Of a stretch of 64,000 bases of DNA, positions 1-8,233 are shown piece by piece. How positions within the stretch are numbered: position 1 is the first letter of the stretch; each line of letters starts with the position of its first letter. Origin of the DNA: Sulfurospirillum sp. (lineage in GTDB: Bacteria; Campylobacterota; Campylobacteria; Campylobacterales; Sulfurospirillaceae); NCBI GenBank assembly GCA_045047115.1, contig JASFYR010000019.1:1-64000 (forward strand), in the 5' to 3' direction. The notes under the pieces were generated by a model. It was given only the letters and a program-made list of their open reading frames with translations, made no database searches and was not told where the DNA came from. A program made the position numbers and the translations under genes.

Positions 1-40
1 TATCACGAGCAAATTGCTCTACATCTATCTTTATGTTCAT
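1..40 (-). CDS. N-terminus (partial) of putative IS256-family transposase, MNIKIDVEQFARD...
   Basis: ATG at 40 with SD AAGGAG 6 nt upstream; frame open to the window edge. The peptide resembles N-termini of epsilonproteobacterial IS256 transposases (from memory; only 13 codons visible). Confidence 0.55.
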   Translation of the reverse strand, partial: MNIKIDVEQFARD

Positions 41-99
41 CTGTGTCTCCTTGGGTATTTGTTATTTTACCTAATTGACACAGATTTTTGAACGGTCTC
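1..99 (-). mobile_element. Left end of a probable IS256-family insertion sequence (runs off the window's left edge)
   Basis: Minus strand from 99 reads GAGACCGTTCAAAAATCTGTGTCAATT, resembling IS256-family (IS285/IS1414-type) terminal inverted repeats as I recall them. It is followed by TAAAAT, an AAGGAG SD and an ATG at 40. The flank at 100-107 is AT-only. Confidence 0.65.
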
Positions 100-106
100 A
101 AAATTT

Positions 107-625
107 TTAATATAGACCAAATTTGGCATCTGCTCTTTTGTATAGAACTCTGACTTTATCTTCTTTATCGTGAAAGATGATAAACTGTTTGTCACTATCT
201 TTTAGTTCCGCTAGAGCTTCTTCGACTTCCATAGGCTTATAACTTTCCAATCTCATAGGAACTATCTCGTCCTCTGCATACTCCATCTCTTCAATTTCAG
301 ATAGCTTTGGAGCTTCTTTTTGCTTGAAGCTTGTGATCTTATCATGATGTCGTCTCAAAACTTTTTTTGCTCTCTCAATTGCCAAATCTATAGCAGCATA
401 GACATCTTTGTCTTTTTGTTTTATGACTACAGTATTCATATGAGCCAGATTGATAGCAAACTCAACACTAAAACCTTTTTTGCCATTTTTTTCATCAGCT
501 GAAATAACACATCTTGTTGAAATGATATCCAAATTATATTTTTCGAGTGAATCAGCGGCTCCTTGTACATAATCTTTTAGGGCTTCAGTCAGCTCTATCT
601 GTTTTCCAACGATACTTAAATTCAT
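107..625 (-). CDS. hpf: Ribosome hibernation promoting factor (long HPF/RaiA)
   Basis: S30AE N-terminus (IVGKQIELTEALKDYV, DVYAAIDLA) plus long-HPF C-terminal domain (KPMEVEEAL...VLYKRAD..FGL). Confidence 0.93.
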   Translation of the reverse strand: MNLSIVGKQIELTEALKDYVQGAADSLEKYNLDIISTRCVISADEKNGKKGFSVEFAINLAHMNTVVIKQKDKDVYAAIDLAIERAKKVLRRHHDKITSFKQKEAPKLSEIEEMEYAEDEIVPMRLESYKPMEVEEALAELKDSDKQFIIFHDKEDKVRVLYKRADAKFGLY

Positions 626-640
626 CTTGTCTCCTTTATA

Positions 641-691
641 TCCCTACTATAAGGGAAGTTTACGGGCATAAGCCCATATAAAAGTATAACA
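641..691 (-). promoter_or_regulatory. hpf extended -10 promoter and two 5'-UTR hairpins
   Basis: Minus strand TGTTATACT, then TATGGGC-TTAT-GCCCGTA and TCCCT-TATAGT-AGGGA just before the AAGGAG SD. Confidence 0.45.
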
Positions 692-761
692 AAATAAATC
701 TTAAATATAAGATTTATTTTTATAGAAAAAAAGCTTTGGCAAAAAAGAAGAAATGAAAATT

Positions 762-1187
762 CTACGGTTTTTGTATAGTTCTTCTGTGCAGTCTGATAGG
801 TTCAGTTGCAACATCTGGTTTTGTTGTAACAATTGTATCTATGATGACTGTACGATTTGAGTCATCAGTGGAGATATTATTGTCAAGTATATGTGATGAA
901 TTACATGGTAATCCTGAGCCTATATAGTCTATAGATACATTTATATCAAGCATATTGTTATATGTCATATCTATTTTTTCAAGACAATTTGTGCTGTAGT
1001 TGTGTCCGCTAAGAGCCAGCATAGCGAACTCTGTACCGCTTCTAAGCAGTAACTGGGCTTGAGCTTTTAGATACATATCACTTGTCTGTTTTACAGATTG
1101 GGTTGAAAGAGAGATGCTGATGGCTGAAATAGTAGCGATTAGCACTAAAAATATAATGGCTGTAAGTAGTGAAAAACCTTTTCTCAT
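762..1187 (-). CDS. Minor pilin, PilX/MshP/GspK-like
   Basis: MRKG|FSLLTAIIFLVLI prepilin leader lacking Glu+5, followed by 'AQAQLLLRSGTEFA'. Start re-placed at the ATG at 1187, which overlaps the upstream stop. Confidence 0.75.
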   Translation of the reverse strand: MRKGFSLLTAIIFLVLIATISAISISLSTQSVKQTSDMYLKAQAQLLLRSGTEFAMLALSGHNYSTNCLEKIDMTYNNMLDINVSIDYIGSGLPCNSSHILDNNISTDDSNRTVIIDTIVTTKPDVATEPIRLHRRTIQKP

Positions 1188-2095
1188 TAGAAAATTACCC
1201 TCTCTTTGCAAAATGAAAAATCAAAATTTCCACTACGATTATCATCATGTATGCAGAGTTTAATTCTTATAGTATTTCCAATTTGTATAAATCGAAAAGT
1301 GCTGGCATGCTCAACCAAAACAGAAGTACTGGCATTTTGATCATATCTTTCATTTTCCCATGGTTGATAATTATAGTGTAGAGTAAGATTAAAATCATTA
1401 TCTGTACCCTCGGGTACTATTGCATAAGCACTCCATGCTAAGTTGTATTGCTCATAAATTTCACTCGGATATGTAGAGTTTGAGTCTATGAGATGAAGAA
1501 TATTATTTGCGCCATTATTGTAGTCAACTCTATATGTGTATAATCCCCTGGTTCCATCCCAACCATATCTTGTTACATTATAATCACTACTGCCTTTAAA
1601 TATGATAGCAGGTCTGTTCTTGCCAATAATTGAGTTATCTAAAATTACGCTGTTGTTGCTTAGTGCTTTTATTATATCGTTAGTTGTGTTTAGTTCGCTT
1701 CCTGCTGTTTTTATTTGTGATCTGTTTGTATCATTGCTGTCTAAATCTATAAAACCACTCCATCCGGGGTTTTTGCGACCTCTAAAGCTATCATTATCTT
1801 TTCCTATCCATTCTAAAACCTGATATGAATTGTTTGCATCACTGAGTGTGACATAATCCCCAAAGTTTGATTTGTTTCTGGCGATAGTGCTACCTTTTAT
1901 GCGGTAACTTAGTCTTTTTGATATTTGATCAAGAACTAATTCTGTTTGGGCTTGAAGTCTGTTTATGGATTTGGTTTTTATGTAGTTATCATACAATTTT
2001 ACTATTATTTCAGCTCCTATGGAAGCTACTATGCCTAAAACTATTATAACCAATACCAACTCTATCATAGTGTAAGCTCTTCTTTGAAACTTCAA
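1187..2095 (-). CDS. Minor pilin, MshO/PilW-like (prepilin N-terminal methylation motif)
   Basis: RRA|YTMIELVLVIIVLGIVA class III signal; TTG start at 2095 overlaps the upstream TGA, with an AAGGAG SD. Confidence 0.8.
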   Translation of the reverse strand: MKFQRRAYTMIELVLVIIVLGIVASIGAEIIVKLYDNYIKTKSINRLQAQTELVLDQISKRLSYRIKGSTIARNKSNFGDYVTLSDANNSYQVLEWIGKDNDSFRGRKNPGWSGFIDLDSNDTNRSQIKTAGSELNTTNDIIKALSNNSVILDNSIIGKNRPAIIFKGSSDYNVTRYGWDGTRGLYTYRVDYNNGANNILHLIDSNSTYPSEIYEQYNLAWSAYAIVPEGTDNDFNLTLHYNYQPWENERYDQNASTSVLVEHASTFRFIQIGNTIRIKLCIHDDNRSGNFDFSFCKERVIF

Positions 2096-2754
2096 AAATC
2101 TCTCCTTAAGAGTTGGTTTGCTCCTATATTGCAAGAGTAGGCTCTTAATATCATATTAAAGTCATTATCATTGGTGATAGTCAATGTTGTCATTTTTATA
2201 CTTGTTGATTTTGCCGGAGATATAGGGTTTGTACTGAAGTCAAAAGTTATGCCTTGTGTAAAATTGTCATCAACATAGGAGACTGCTGTTGTCATGTTTA
2301 AGTCATATCTATAATCAAGTGTATTGGCAATATGTTGTATAGTTATGGGTGTTGAACTACTGAAGTCATCTATGTCATTCGGGGTTGTTTCACTACCGTC
2401 TTTTCCGAGATTTGCAGGAGATGTAGCATAAGTTGGAGAAGTAAAGAATTTTCTTCTTTTGTTTCCTTTGATATGCCCGATTCTTCTTGTTCCATTTGTG
2501 GGATTTCTCTTAAAATAGCTACTGTTAGTATCTAAAACTGCAACTACTTGGCTTGATGAGTCTATGGAATTTTCATCCCAAAGATATGTCAGCTCATCTC
2601 CCAATTGTGTCCTGGCAGCCAGTATGGCCTCTTGACGCAAGGAAAAGATATTGTTGTTTTGTATCGTAGTGAGCATTGTAGGTAGAGTCATCATAGCGAT
2701 TCCCATGACAACAATCGCTATGACAAGTTCTAGCATAGATACAGCTTTTCTCAT
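2092..2754 (-). CDS. Minor pilin, MshD/PilV-like
   Basis: MRKA|VSMLELVIAIVVMGIA class III signal; 'NDIDDF' motif as in MshD-type proteins. Confidence 0.8.
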   Translation of the reverse strand: MRKAVSMLELVIAIVVMGIAMMTLPTMLTTIQNNNIFSLRQEAILAARTQLGDELTYLWDENSIDSSSQVVAVLDTNSSYFKRNPTNGTRRIGHIKGNKRRKFFTSPTYATSPANLGKDGSETTPNDIDDFSSSTPITIQHIANTLDYRYDLNMTTAVSYVDDNFTQGITFDFSTNPISPAKSTSIKMTTLTITNDNDFNMILRAYSCNIGANQLLRRDF

Positions 2755-2758
2755 CTTT

Positions 2759-5700
2759 TTACCAGTCCAATCTTCTATTTTGAATAGTAGAAATATTTAA
2801 GTCAACCGTTTTGCCTTGATGACCTTGTCCTGCCCAATCTCCTTTGCCATAAAATTCTACTAAAAAGTCGTTTGTAGTGGCATTTTGGTCAACAAGATTA
2901 TGCAACAACCAAGAAGATGGTTGCATTTTAATTTTATCTTTATATGGAGTTTTTGGTGCTGTTAGGTTGATGTTTTCTATGCCACTTGTTATGGTGCCGG
3001 AGTTTACAGTTGGATTATTTCCGTTGAAAGTTACGCTATTTACAGAACTAAATTGTGTTACATTTCCATCATTGTTTATATGCAGAGGATTTAAATACCA
3101 GTATATACTATCAACACTTTCATTCCCTGTTATATTGTAGTTAGTCTTATTGCAATCTTTACAATACACTTCATAATATATAGTTGCAATATCACTGGTG
3201 CCAGCAAATCTATAATCAGGCGCATGGACACGACCATAATAGAAAGTTGTATTGCTATCATTTGTTCTATTGAAATCACTTCCAGTTACATTGTTTGTGT
3301 CTTTAACTGATATGTTAAAATCATTTTTTCTTATATGAAAAGGTTGATCAGATATTGATATATTTCTATCAAAATTAAATCGAATTGTTATATTTGCTTT
3401 TCCATTGTTAAAATTGATTTGCGAAGAGTTGAAGTCTGCTAAACCACTTCCATTGTTGTCTTGTACGAGAGTAGAAATAGAAGTATTTGAGTCTCCATAA
3501 AATTTAATGCGATGGCTAGCATCACTCCATGTAAGATTTAGATCGTTGATTAGTTTTACGGTATAGTTTATGTCTTTTGCAAAGCAGTTTTTAGTATAGT
3601 TTGTAGCTACAGGATTGTCATTTAGAGTTAAAGTTGTATTGTCATCTAATAAAGCAATGAAATCCCAATTCATTTTTGCAGACATGTTGCCATCTTTTGA
3701 AATGTATGTAAAAGGTTGATTTAGAAAATTTGATATATTTAAAGAAATTCTAAAAGTTTTTGGCACAAATGTTAAGGTCTGGCTTCCTTTAATTAAGCAC
3801 CCAACTTTGCCACTAGATAGTGTGTTTGAAAAACTTCCGGCTATGCAATCATCAAAAGTTTTGCCGTTAAATGCAGATTGGTCTACTTTTGTCCAGTCCT
3901 TATCATTTAGTGTAATATTTATATCTCCTATATTATTATAAGAAAAATATACTGGTTGATTAACTTTTCCACTTGCAAAAACTATATTTGTGTCAAATAG
4001 TTGTTTTGAAGTATTTATATCAGTACACCCTGGGGGCACTATTACCCCAATAGTACCGTTTTTATCAGAACTATTATTAATTGTTTGGTTATATCCACTG
4101 ACATTTATATCACTTGTACCGTCCGTTGCATTTATATCAAGAGGATAAAGTTTACCACCTATATGAGAAGAGTTTATATCTATTATATCTATAGAGTAAG
4201 TAGCAGGTCGAACTGAAAAGTTATCTCTAGCACATATATAATTACCTACCAGGCATTGAGCACATCCATATTTATTGTTATATTTTTCTGGTTGTATATT
4301 ACCCTTAGAGCCATTGCTGTTGTAATTACTTGGATTACAAGCTGCATTTTCTCCATATGGTCCACTTGTCAAGCATTCAGATATATTTTTATCTGGAAAA
4401 ACTTCTAAAATCTTATTTTCACTATTTAAACACTGAGGTACTCCTTTAAGGTTGCCTATGATTGTACTTGTGCTTACGCAAGTAACATTGCTATTGTTTA
4501 TCCTTGTTCCCCAGTCTGTATAGCCTACCCTAAAAGTTGCATTTCTTATCGCTTTTGGTATTGAGATATTTATATCTTTGGAAGATTCGTCATTAAAATT
4601 TGGTATATCGTTGGGTGGGATAGTGTATTCAACTGCTGCATTTAGGCAACTATCTTGGTTTGAAGTTATAGCTGAACCATCTATAACTTCCAAAAAAGCA
4701 ATTCCGTTAAAATTCTCCAATGTAGTCTTATCTATACTATTTAAATGCAGTATTTTTATGGGAAATGCTACATTTGTAATTTGAGTGAATAGAGCATTTA
4801 CAGAATTGTTGCTATCAATAGGATCTGACCCATTTATTGCCGTATATCCATTTACAACATTAAAAAACCCAATAGGTGGCAAATAAGCTTGTATTGTGTT
4901 GTTAAAATCCGTACATTTTGGCAAAGGACCATTGAAAGAAAATGTTTGCCCGGCAATATTGAATGTGTAAGATGTTTGGTAAGATAAATTGAGAGCTTGA
5001 TTTGTATTTATTTTTGTTTTGTATTCTGTATATACTGTATCATTTGGAATAAAATTTCCACCATTTGTAAAATTTCCACCTCTTCCCAAACGGACGGTTA
5101 TAGATTTATCTGTTGAGTTAAAATCCACTAAATCATCACCATATAAATCTGTTTGATTTACATCTCCTATTAAAGTTCCACTACTATCTATATTGTTTAC
5201 AATTGTAGAGTTTGATTCATAAATTGTTTTATTATCATCAAAGTTATGAATAATGCTTACATCATTAGCTGTTTCATTATCGTCATTTCGTATAGTTAGT
5301 TTAATTTGTAAAATATCTCCTACATTGAGATATGATGAGGCATTAATTTCTGTATTATTATTATCAAAAAGTTGCTCATTGTAGCAAATTTTTGGCTGAT
5401 ATATGTCATTTGAAATTCCTATAAAGCCTACAAAGGCTTGATCAGCAGCATGTTCACTAGCTGTCATAGTGACTTTTAAACTGGTTGAGGTTTGCCCATT
5501 TGCGAGTATGCTCGATGTATCATAAGTATCTAAATCAATTCCCGCATTAAAAATTCTAGTTGCATTTATTTCGTTGTCAAGATAAGTTATAGAATCATTT
5601 ATTTGGTTGTCTGCAGGATTTAAAGTATTTGAGATAGTTAAATATCCATTATTTTTATTGTACATTTCTAATTTATCAGCTGCTATCTTTTTTTCAGCAC

Positions 5701-6601
5701 CTGCTGCAAACATTATGGTTTTAGATTTGACTACCCCATAATTTGGGGTATAAAAACTATTTGGCGGAAGATCTATAGTTAAAGATGCTGTTCCTCCAAA
5801 AGGTGGGAGTAAAAATTTAAATCCATCATATAAACTTATATTTTTTATGGAGATATTTGGATCTTTGTAAGCAACTATTAAAGACCATCCACCCCAATTC
5901 CCCCATTTGACATAAGCATTTAATTTTGTATCAAGTATATAATATGTATCTTTTGTTATGGTGGCATTTATATTGCCTACTGTGAAATAATTATGATTTT
6001 TATCATAGCTGTCTTTTACAATTTGCGTAACATCTTGAGATGCTTGATAAAAATATCGATAGCCATTTGTTTCGTTGTTATAAACATTCTGATTGTCATA
6101 TCCATAATAATAAATATCGGAAGAATTTGCTGAAATATTATGTTCTTTTCCCCGTGAATCAATCATTTTTACATTTTCCAATCCACTTATGGCATTATTG
6201 AAATCAGTACTATTTCCTAGGCCAAATATGTGACCCTGCCAGTATAGTCTTGCCCACAGTATGTCAGAACCGTTTACATCTGCAGGAAGCGATAAAACTG
6301 CACCACCTGAATTTAAAGAAAAATTAGAAGACCCGCCATCGTTTAAAGCAAGAGGATTAATATCAAATAAGTATCCACCATAATTCCAATCACATTGATC
6401 ATTTCCATCATCGGCACACATTATAGGTGATCCAGTCGCTGCTATATCACCATTTACTGTTTTTGTATAAATTTGTGTGAAATTTGCTTCATTGTTGTAA
6501 TCTGTAGCAAAAAGCTTAGTTGTAAACTGAAGCAAAAGCGCAAATATAAATAAGGATGCTAAAGGCGACAAGCCACTTCTTACTCTTGTTTTGTTACTCA
6601 T
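2759..6601 (-). CDS. Large secreted Asn-rich pilus-associated adhesin, MshQ/PilY1-like (1280 aa)
   Basis: Signal peptide; N-terminal beta-rich domain (ARLYWQG, GGWSLIVAY, DLDTYD); DUF11-like Ig repeat (VGDILQIKLTIRN); Cys-rich centre; MshQ-like C-terminal motifs (DNFSVRP, FYYGRVHAPD); first gene of the minor pilin operon. Confidence 0.7.
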   Translation of the reverse strand: MSNKTRVRSGLSPLASLFIFALLLQFTTKLFATDYNNEANFTQIYTKTVNGDIAATGSPIMCADDGNDQCDWNYGGYLFDINPLALNDGGSSNFSLNSGGAVLSLPADVNGSDILWARLYWQGHIFGLGNSTDFNNAISGLENVKMIDSRGKEHNISANSSDIYYYGYDNQNVYNNETNGYRYFYQASQDVTQIVKDSYDKNHNYFTVGNINATITKDTYYILDTKLNAYVKWGNWGGWSLIVAYKDPNISIKNISLYDGFKFLLPPFGGTASLTIDLPPNSFYTPNYGVVKSKTIMFAAGAEKKIAADKLEMYNKNNGYLTISNTLNPADNQINDSITYLDNEINATRIFNAGIDLDTYDTSSILANGQTSTSLKVTMTASEHAADQAFVGFIGISNDIYQPKICYNEQLFDNNNTEINASSYLNVGDILQIKLTIRNDDNETANDVSIIHNFDDNKTIYESNSTIVNNIDSSGTLIGDVNQTDLYGDDLVDFNSTDKSITVRLGRGGNFTNGGNFIPNDTVYTEYKTKINTNQALNLSYQTSYTFNIAGQTFSFNGPLPKCTDFNNTIQAYLPPIGFFNVVNGYTAINGSDPIDSNNSVNALFTQITNVAFPIKILHLNSIDKTTLENFNGIAFLEVIDGSAITSNQDSCLNAAVEYTIPPNDIPNFNDESSKDINISIPKAIRNATFRVGYTDWGTRINNSNVTCVSTSTIIGNLKGVPQCLNSENKILEVFPDKNISECLTSGPYGENAACNPSNYNSNGSKGNIQPEKYNNKYGCAQCLVGNYICARDNFSVRPATYSIDIIDINSSHIGGKLYPLDINATDGTSDINVSGYNQTINNSSDKNGTIGVIVPPGCTDINTSKQLFDTNIVFASGKVNQPVYFSYNNIGDINITLNDKDWTKVDQSAFNGKTFDDCIAGSFSNTLSSGKVGCLIKGSQTLTFVPKTFRISLNISNFLNQPFTYISKDGNMSAKMNWDFIALLDDNTTLTLNDNPVATNYTKNCFAKDINYTVKLINDLNLTWSDASHRIKFYGDSNTSISTLVQDNNGSGLADFNSSQINFNNGKANITIRFNFDRNISISDQPFHIRKNDFNISVKDTNNVTGSDFNRTNDSNTTFYYGRVHAPDYRFAGTSDIATIYYEVYCKDCNKTNYNITGNESVDSIYWYLNPLHINNDGNVTQFSSVNSVTFNGNNPTVNSGTITSGIENINLTAPKTPYKDKIKMQPSSWLLHNLVDQNATTNDFLVEFYGKGDWAGQGHQGKTVDLNISTIQNRRLDW

Positions 6602-6604
6602 GGT

Positions 6605-6724
6605 CTAATCCTCCTCTTTCAAGATTGATTCAATCGTTCTTTTTAATTCTGGAAGATTCGATTGCTCTATAAAATACTCGATATCTTTGATTTTGTTAGA
6701 TATCGACTTCAATCTATTTTTCAT
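6605..6724 (-). CDS. Small ORF, 39 aa (MKNRLKSISNKIKDIEYFIEQSNLPELKRTIESILKEED)
   Basis: Overlaps the upstream sORF stop; its last codons (GAGGAGGA) form the SD of the adhesin gene, whose ATG is 3 nt past the stop. Confidence 0.45.
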   Translation of the reverse strand: MKNRLKSISNKIKDIEYFIEQSNLPELKRTIESILKEED

Positions 6725-6800
6725 AGTCTTGTTTTAATTTTCTGATTTCAGTTATCAAAAGAGACAGATAGTGCGCTCCCTTTTTTGTGGTAGCTTTCAT
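6714..6800 (-). CDS. Small ORF, 28 aa (MKATTKKGAHYLSLLITEIRKLKQDYEK)
   Basis: AGGAG SD; ATGA overlap with the preceding sORF. Confidence 0.4.
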   Translation of the reverse strand: MKATTKKGAHYLSLLITEIRKLKQDYEK

Positions 6801-6889
6801 CTTTTAATGCTCCTGTTTGAATCACAAAAGAGGGTGTATTTTAGTTGGTATTCATTTGGATAATTTATATTTTTTAAGATAATTTTCAT
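6797..6889 (-). CDS. Small ORF, 30 aa (MKIILKNINYPNEYQLKYTLFCDSNRSIKR)
   Basis: Strong SD GGAGGTGG 4 nt upstream of the ATG. Confidence 0.4.
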   Translation of the reverse strand: MKIILKNINYPNEYQLKYTLFCDSNRSIKR

Positions 6890-6945
6890 AAAACCACCTC
6901 CGTTTGCACCATTAAGCAGCCAAGCTTTTTTAAGGCGTGAGGAGT

Positions 6946-6979
6946 AATTTTACTATAGAGTTATACATTTAGTAAAATT
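6946..6979. repeat. Inverted repeat, 10-bp arms with 14-bp spacer (possible operator)
   Basis: AATTTTACTA-N14-TAGTAAAATT upstream of the pilin/adhesin operon. Confidence 0.5.
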
Positions 6980-7030
6980 TGGCAACCCAACCACCCACCT
7001 TGTTGCAACTATATGCTACTATTAGTAAGC

Positions 7031-7438
7031 TTAAGTTTGGTTTAATGACCTCTCTTCTTTTTCCATGTAGTCAGATATCTTTTCTGCTATTCCATACTCT
7101 TTATATTTGCTGCTATCCAATATAATCTGTGCAACATAGCTTTTTTCTACATTAAAGACCAGTGGCGCTATAAAATTTATGACAGATATCTCTATGGGTG
7201 TAGAGATAATCATGATATTGTAAACCAAAGGTTTTGAATTTTCATTTAACTCTAGTAAATTTTTATAAAATTCAGGCACTATAAAATCATAATCCCTTAT
7301 CATAAAAGGATTTATAAGCATAAAAACAGTGCCATCTTCACAGCTTTTTAATTTAAAGAAAAAATCATCTATTTTTTCAAGTTCTAAATTTTTAATATGC
7401 TCAAATCCCAAAATCGGTGCTTTTACACTAAAAGTCAT
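7031..7438 (-). CDS. fliW: Flagellar assembly factor FliW
   Basis: PILGFE, FMLINPF..DY, NFIAPLVFN, AQIIL motifs; divergent from bamD. Confidence 0.92.
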   Translation of the reverse strand: MTFSVKAPILGFEHIKNLELEKIDDFFFKLKSCEDGTVFMLINPFMIRDYDFIVPEFYKNLLELNENSKPLVYNIMIISTPIEISVINFIAPLVFNVEKSYVAQIILDSSKYKEYGIAEKISDYMEKEERSLNQT

Positions 7439-7571
7439 ATGTTTCCCCTAATTTCATAATAGATTCGTATTATAACATATCGACAATTTTAAAAAAAAAT
7501 AGACTTTTATTTTTAGATAACACAAAATTGGATACAATATCGACCTATATAATATAAAAGGAAAGATATTT

Positions 7572-8216
7572 ATGAAAATTTTAAAAGTTTTAATCGCGAC
7601 TCTGTTTTTACTCTTGGTAGTTGGCTGTTCAAATAAAAACAAGATAGCAGTTTACAATAAGCCGGCACTATACTGGTATGAACAGATTGTCAAAGAGATT
7701 AAAAACCAGGATTTGGAAAAAGCTGATGATTATTTTACATCTCTCTCCAGTGAGCATGTTGAGTCGCCTCTGCTTAAGACAAGTATGCTTATTCTTGCCA
7801 ATGCTCATATGGAAGAGGAGGAGTATATACTCGCAAATTTTTATCTCGATGAGTATATCAAGAGATATGGAGACAGAAAAAACAGCCAATATGCAAAATT
7901 TTTAAAGATAAAGGCAAATTTTGAGTCTTTTGTTCATCCAAATAGAAACCAGGAACTTATAATAAATACTATAAAAAATACAAAAGAGTTTCTAGCTCAA
8001 TACCCAAACTCTCAATACAACCCTATGGTAAATACGATTTTAGTAAAATTAGAGCTTGCAAATTTGCAAACTGACGAAGAAATAGCCGGTCTGTACAAAA
8101 GGATAGATAAACCAAAAGCTAGTAAAATATATAAAGAAAAAATTGACAAATCATCTCTAAAAAATGCAAATATGATAAAACCGCATGTACCTTGGTACAG
8201 AGCCTGGTTCGAATAA
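7572..8216 (+). CDS. bamD: Outer membrane protein assembly factor BamD (lipoprotein)
   Basis: Lipobox VVGC, TPR-like helices, FLAQYPNSQY, IAGLYKR; upstream of lon. Confidence 0.88.
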   Translation: MKILKVLIATLFLLLVVGCSNKNKIAVYNKPALYWYEQIVKEIKNQDLEKADDYFTSLSSEHVESPLLKTSMLILANAHMEEEEYILANFYLDEYIKRYGDRKNSQYAKFLKIKANFESFVHPNRNQELIINTIKNTKEFLAQYPNSQYNPMVNTILVKLELANLQTDEEIAGLYKRIDKPKASKIYKEKIDKSSLKNANMIKPHVPWYRAWFE

Positions 8217-8233
8217 CCAACTTAGGATAAAAA

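Noticed and set aside
2759..6601. Adhesin as a target of a diversity-generating retroelement or shufflon
   Set aside because: No reverse transcriptase, recombinase, template repeat or invertible cassette is visible in the window.
6975..7060. Intact c-di-GMP-I riboswitch or sigma54 promoter
   Set aside because: Only a 3'-half resemblance, with no GGCAAAC/GNRA/GCAAA 5' half; the TAGCA..TTGC spacing is one base short and lacks GG.
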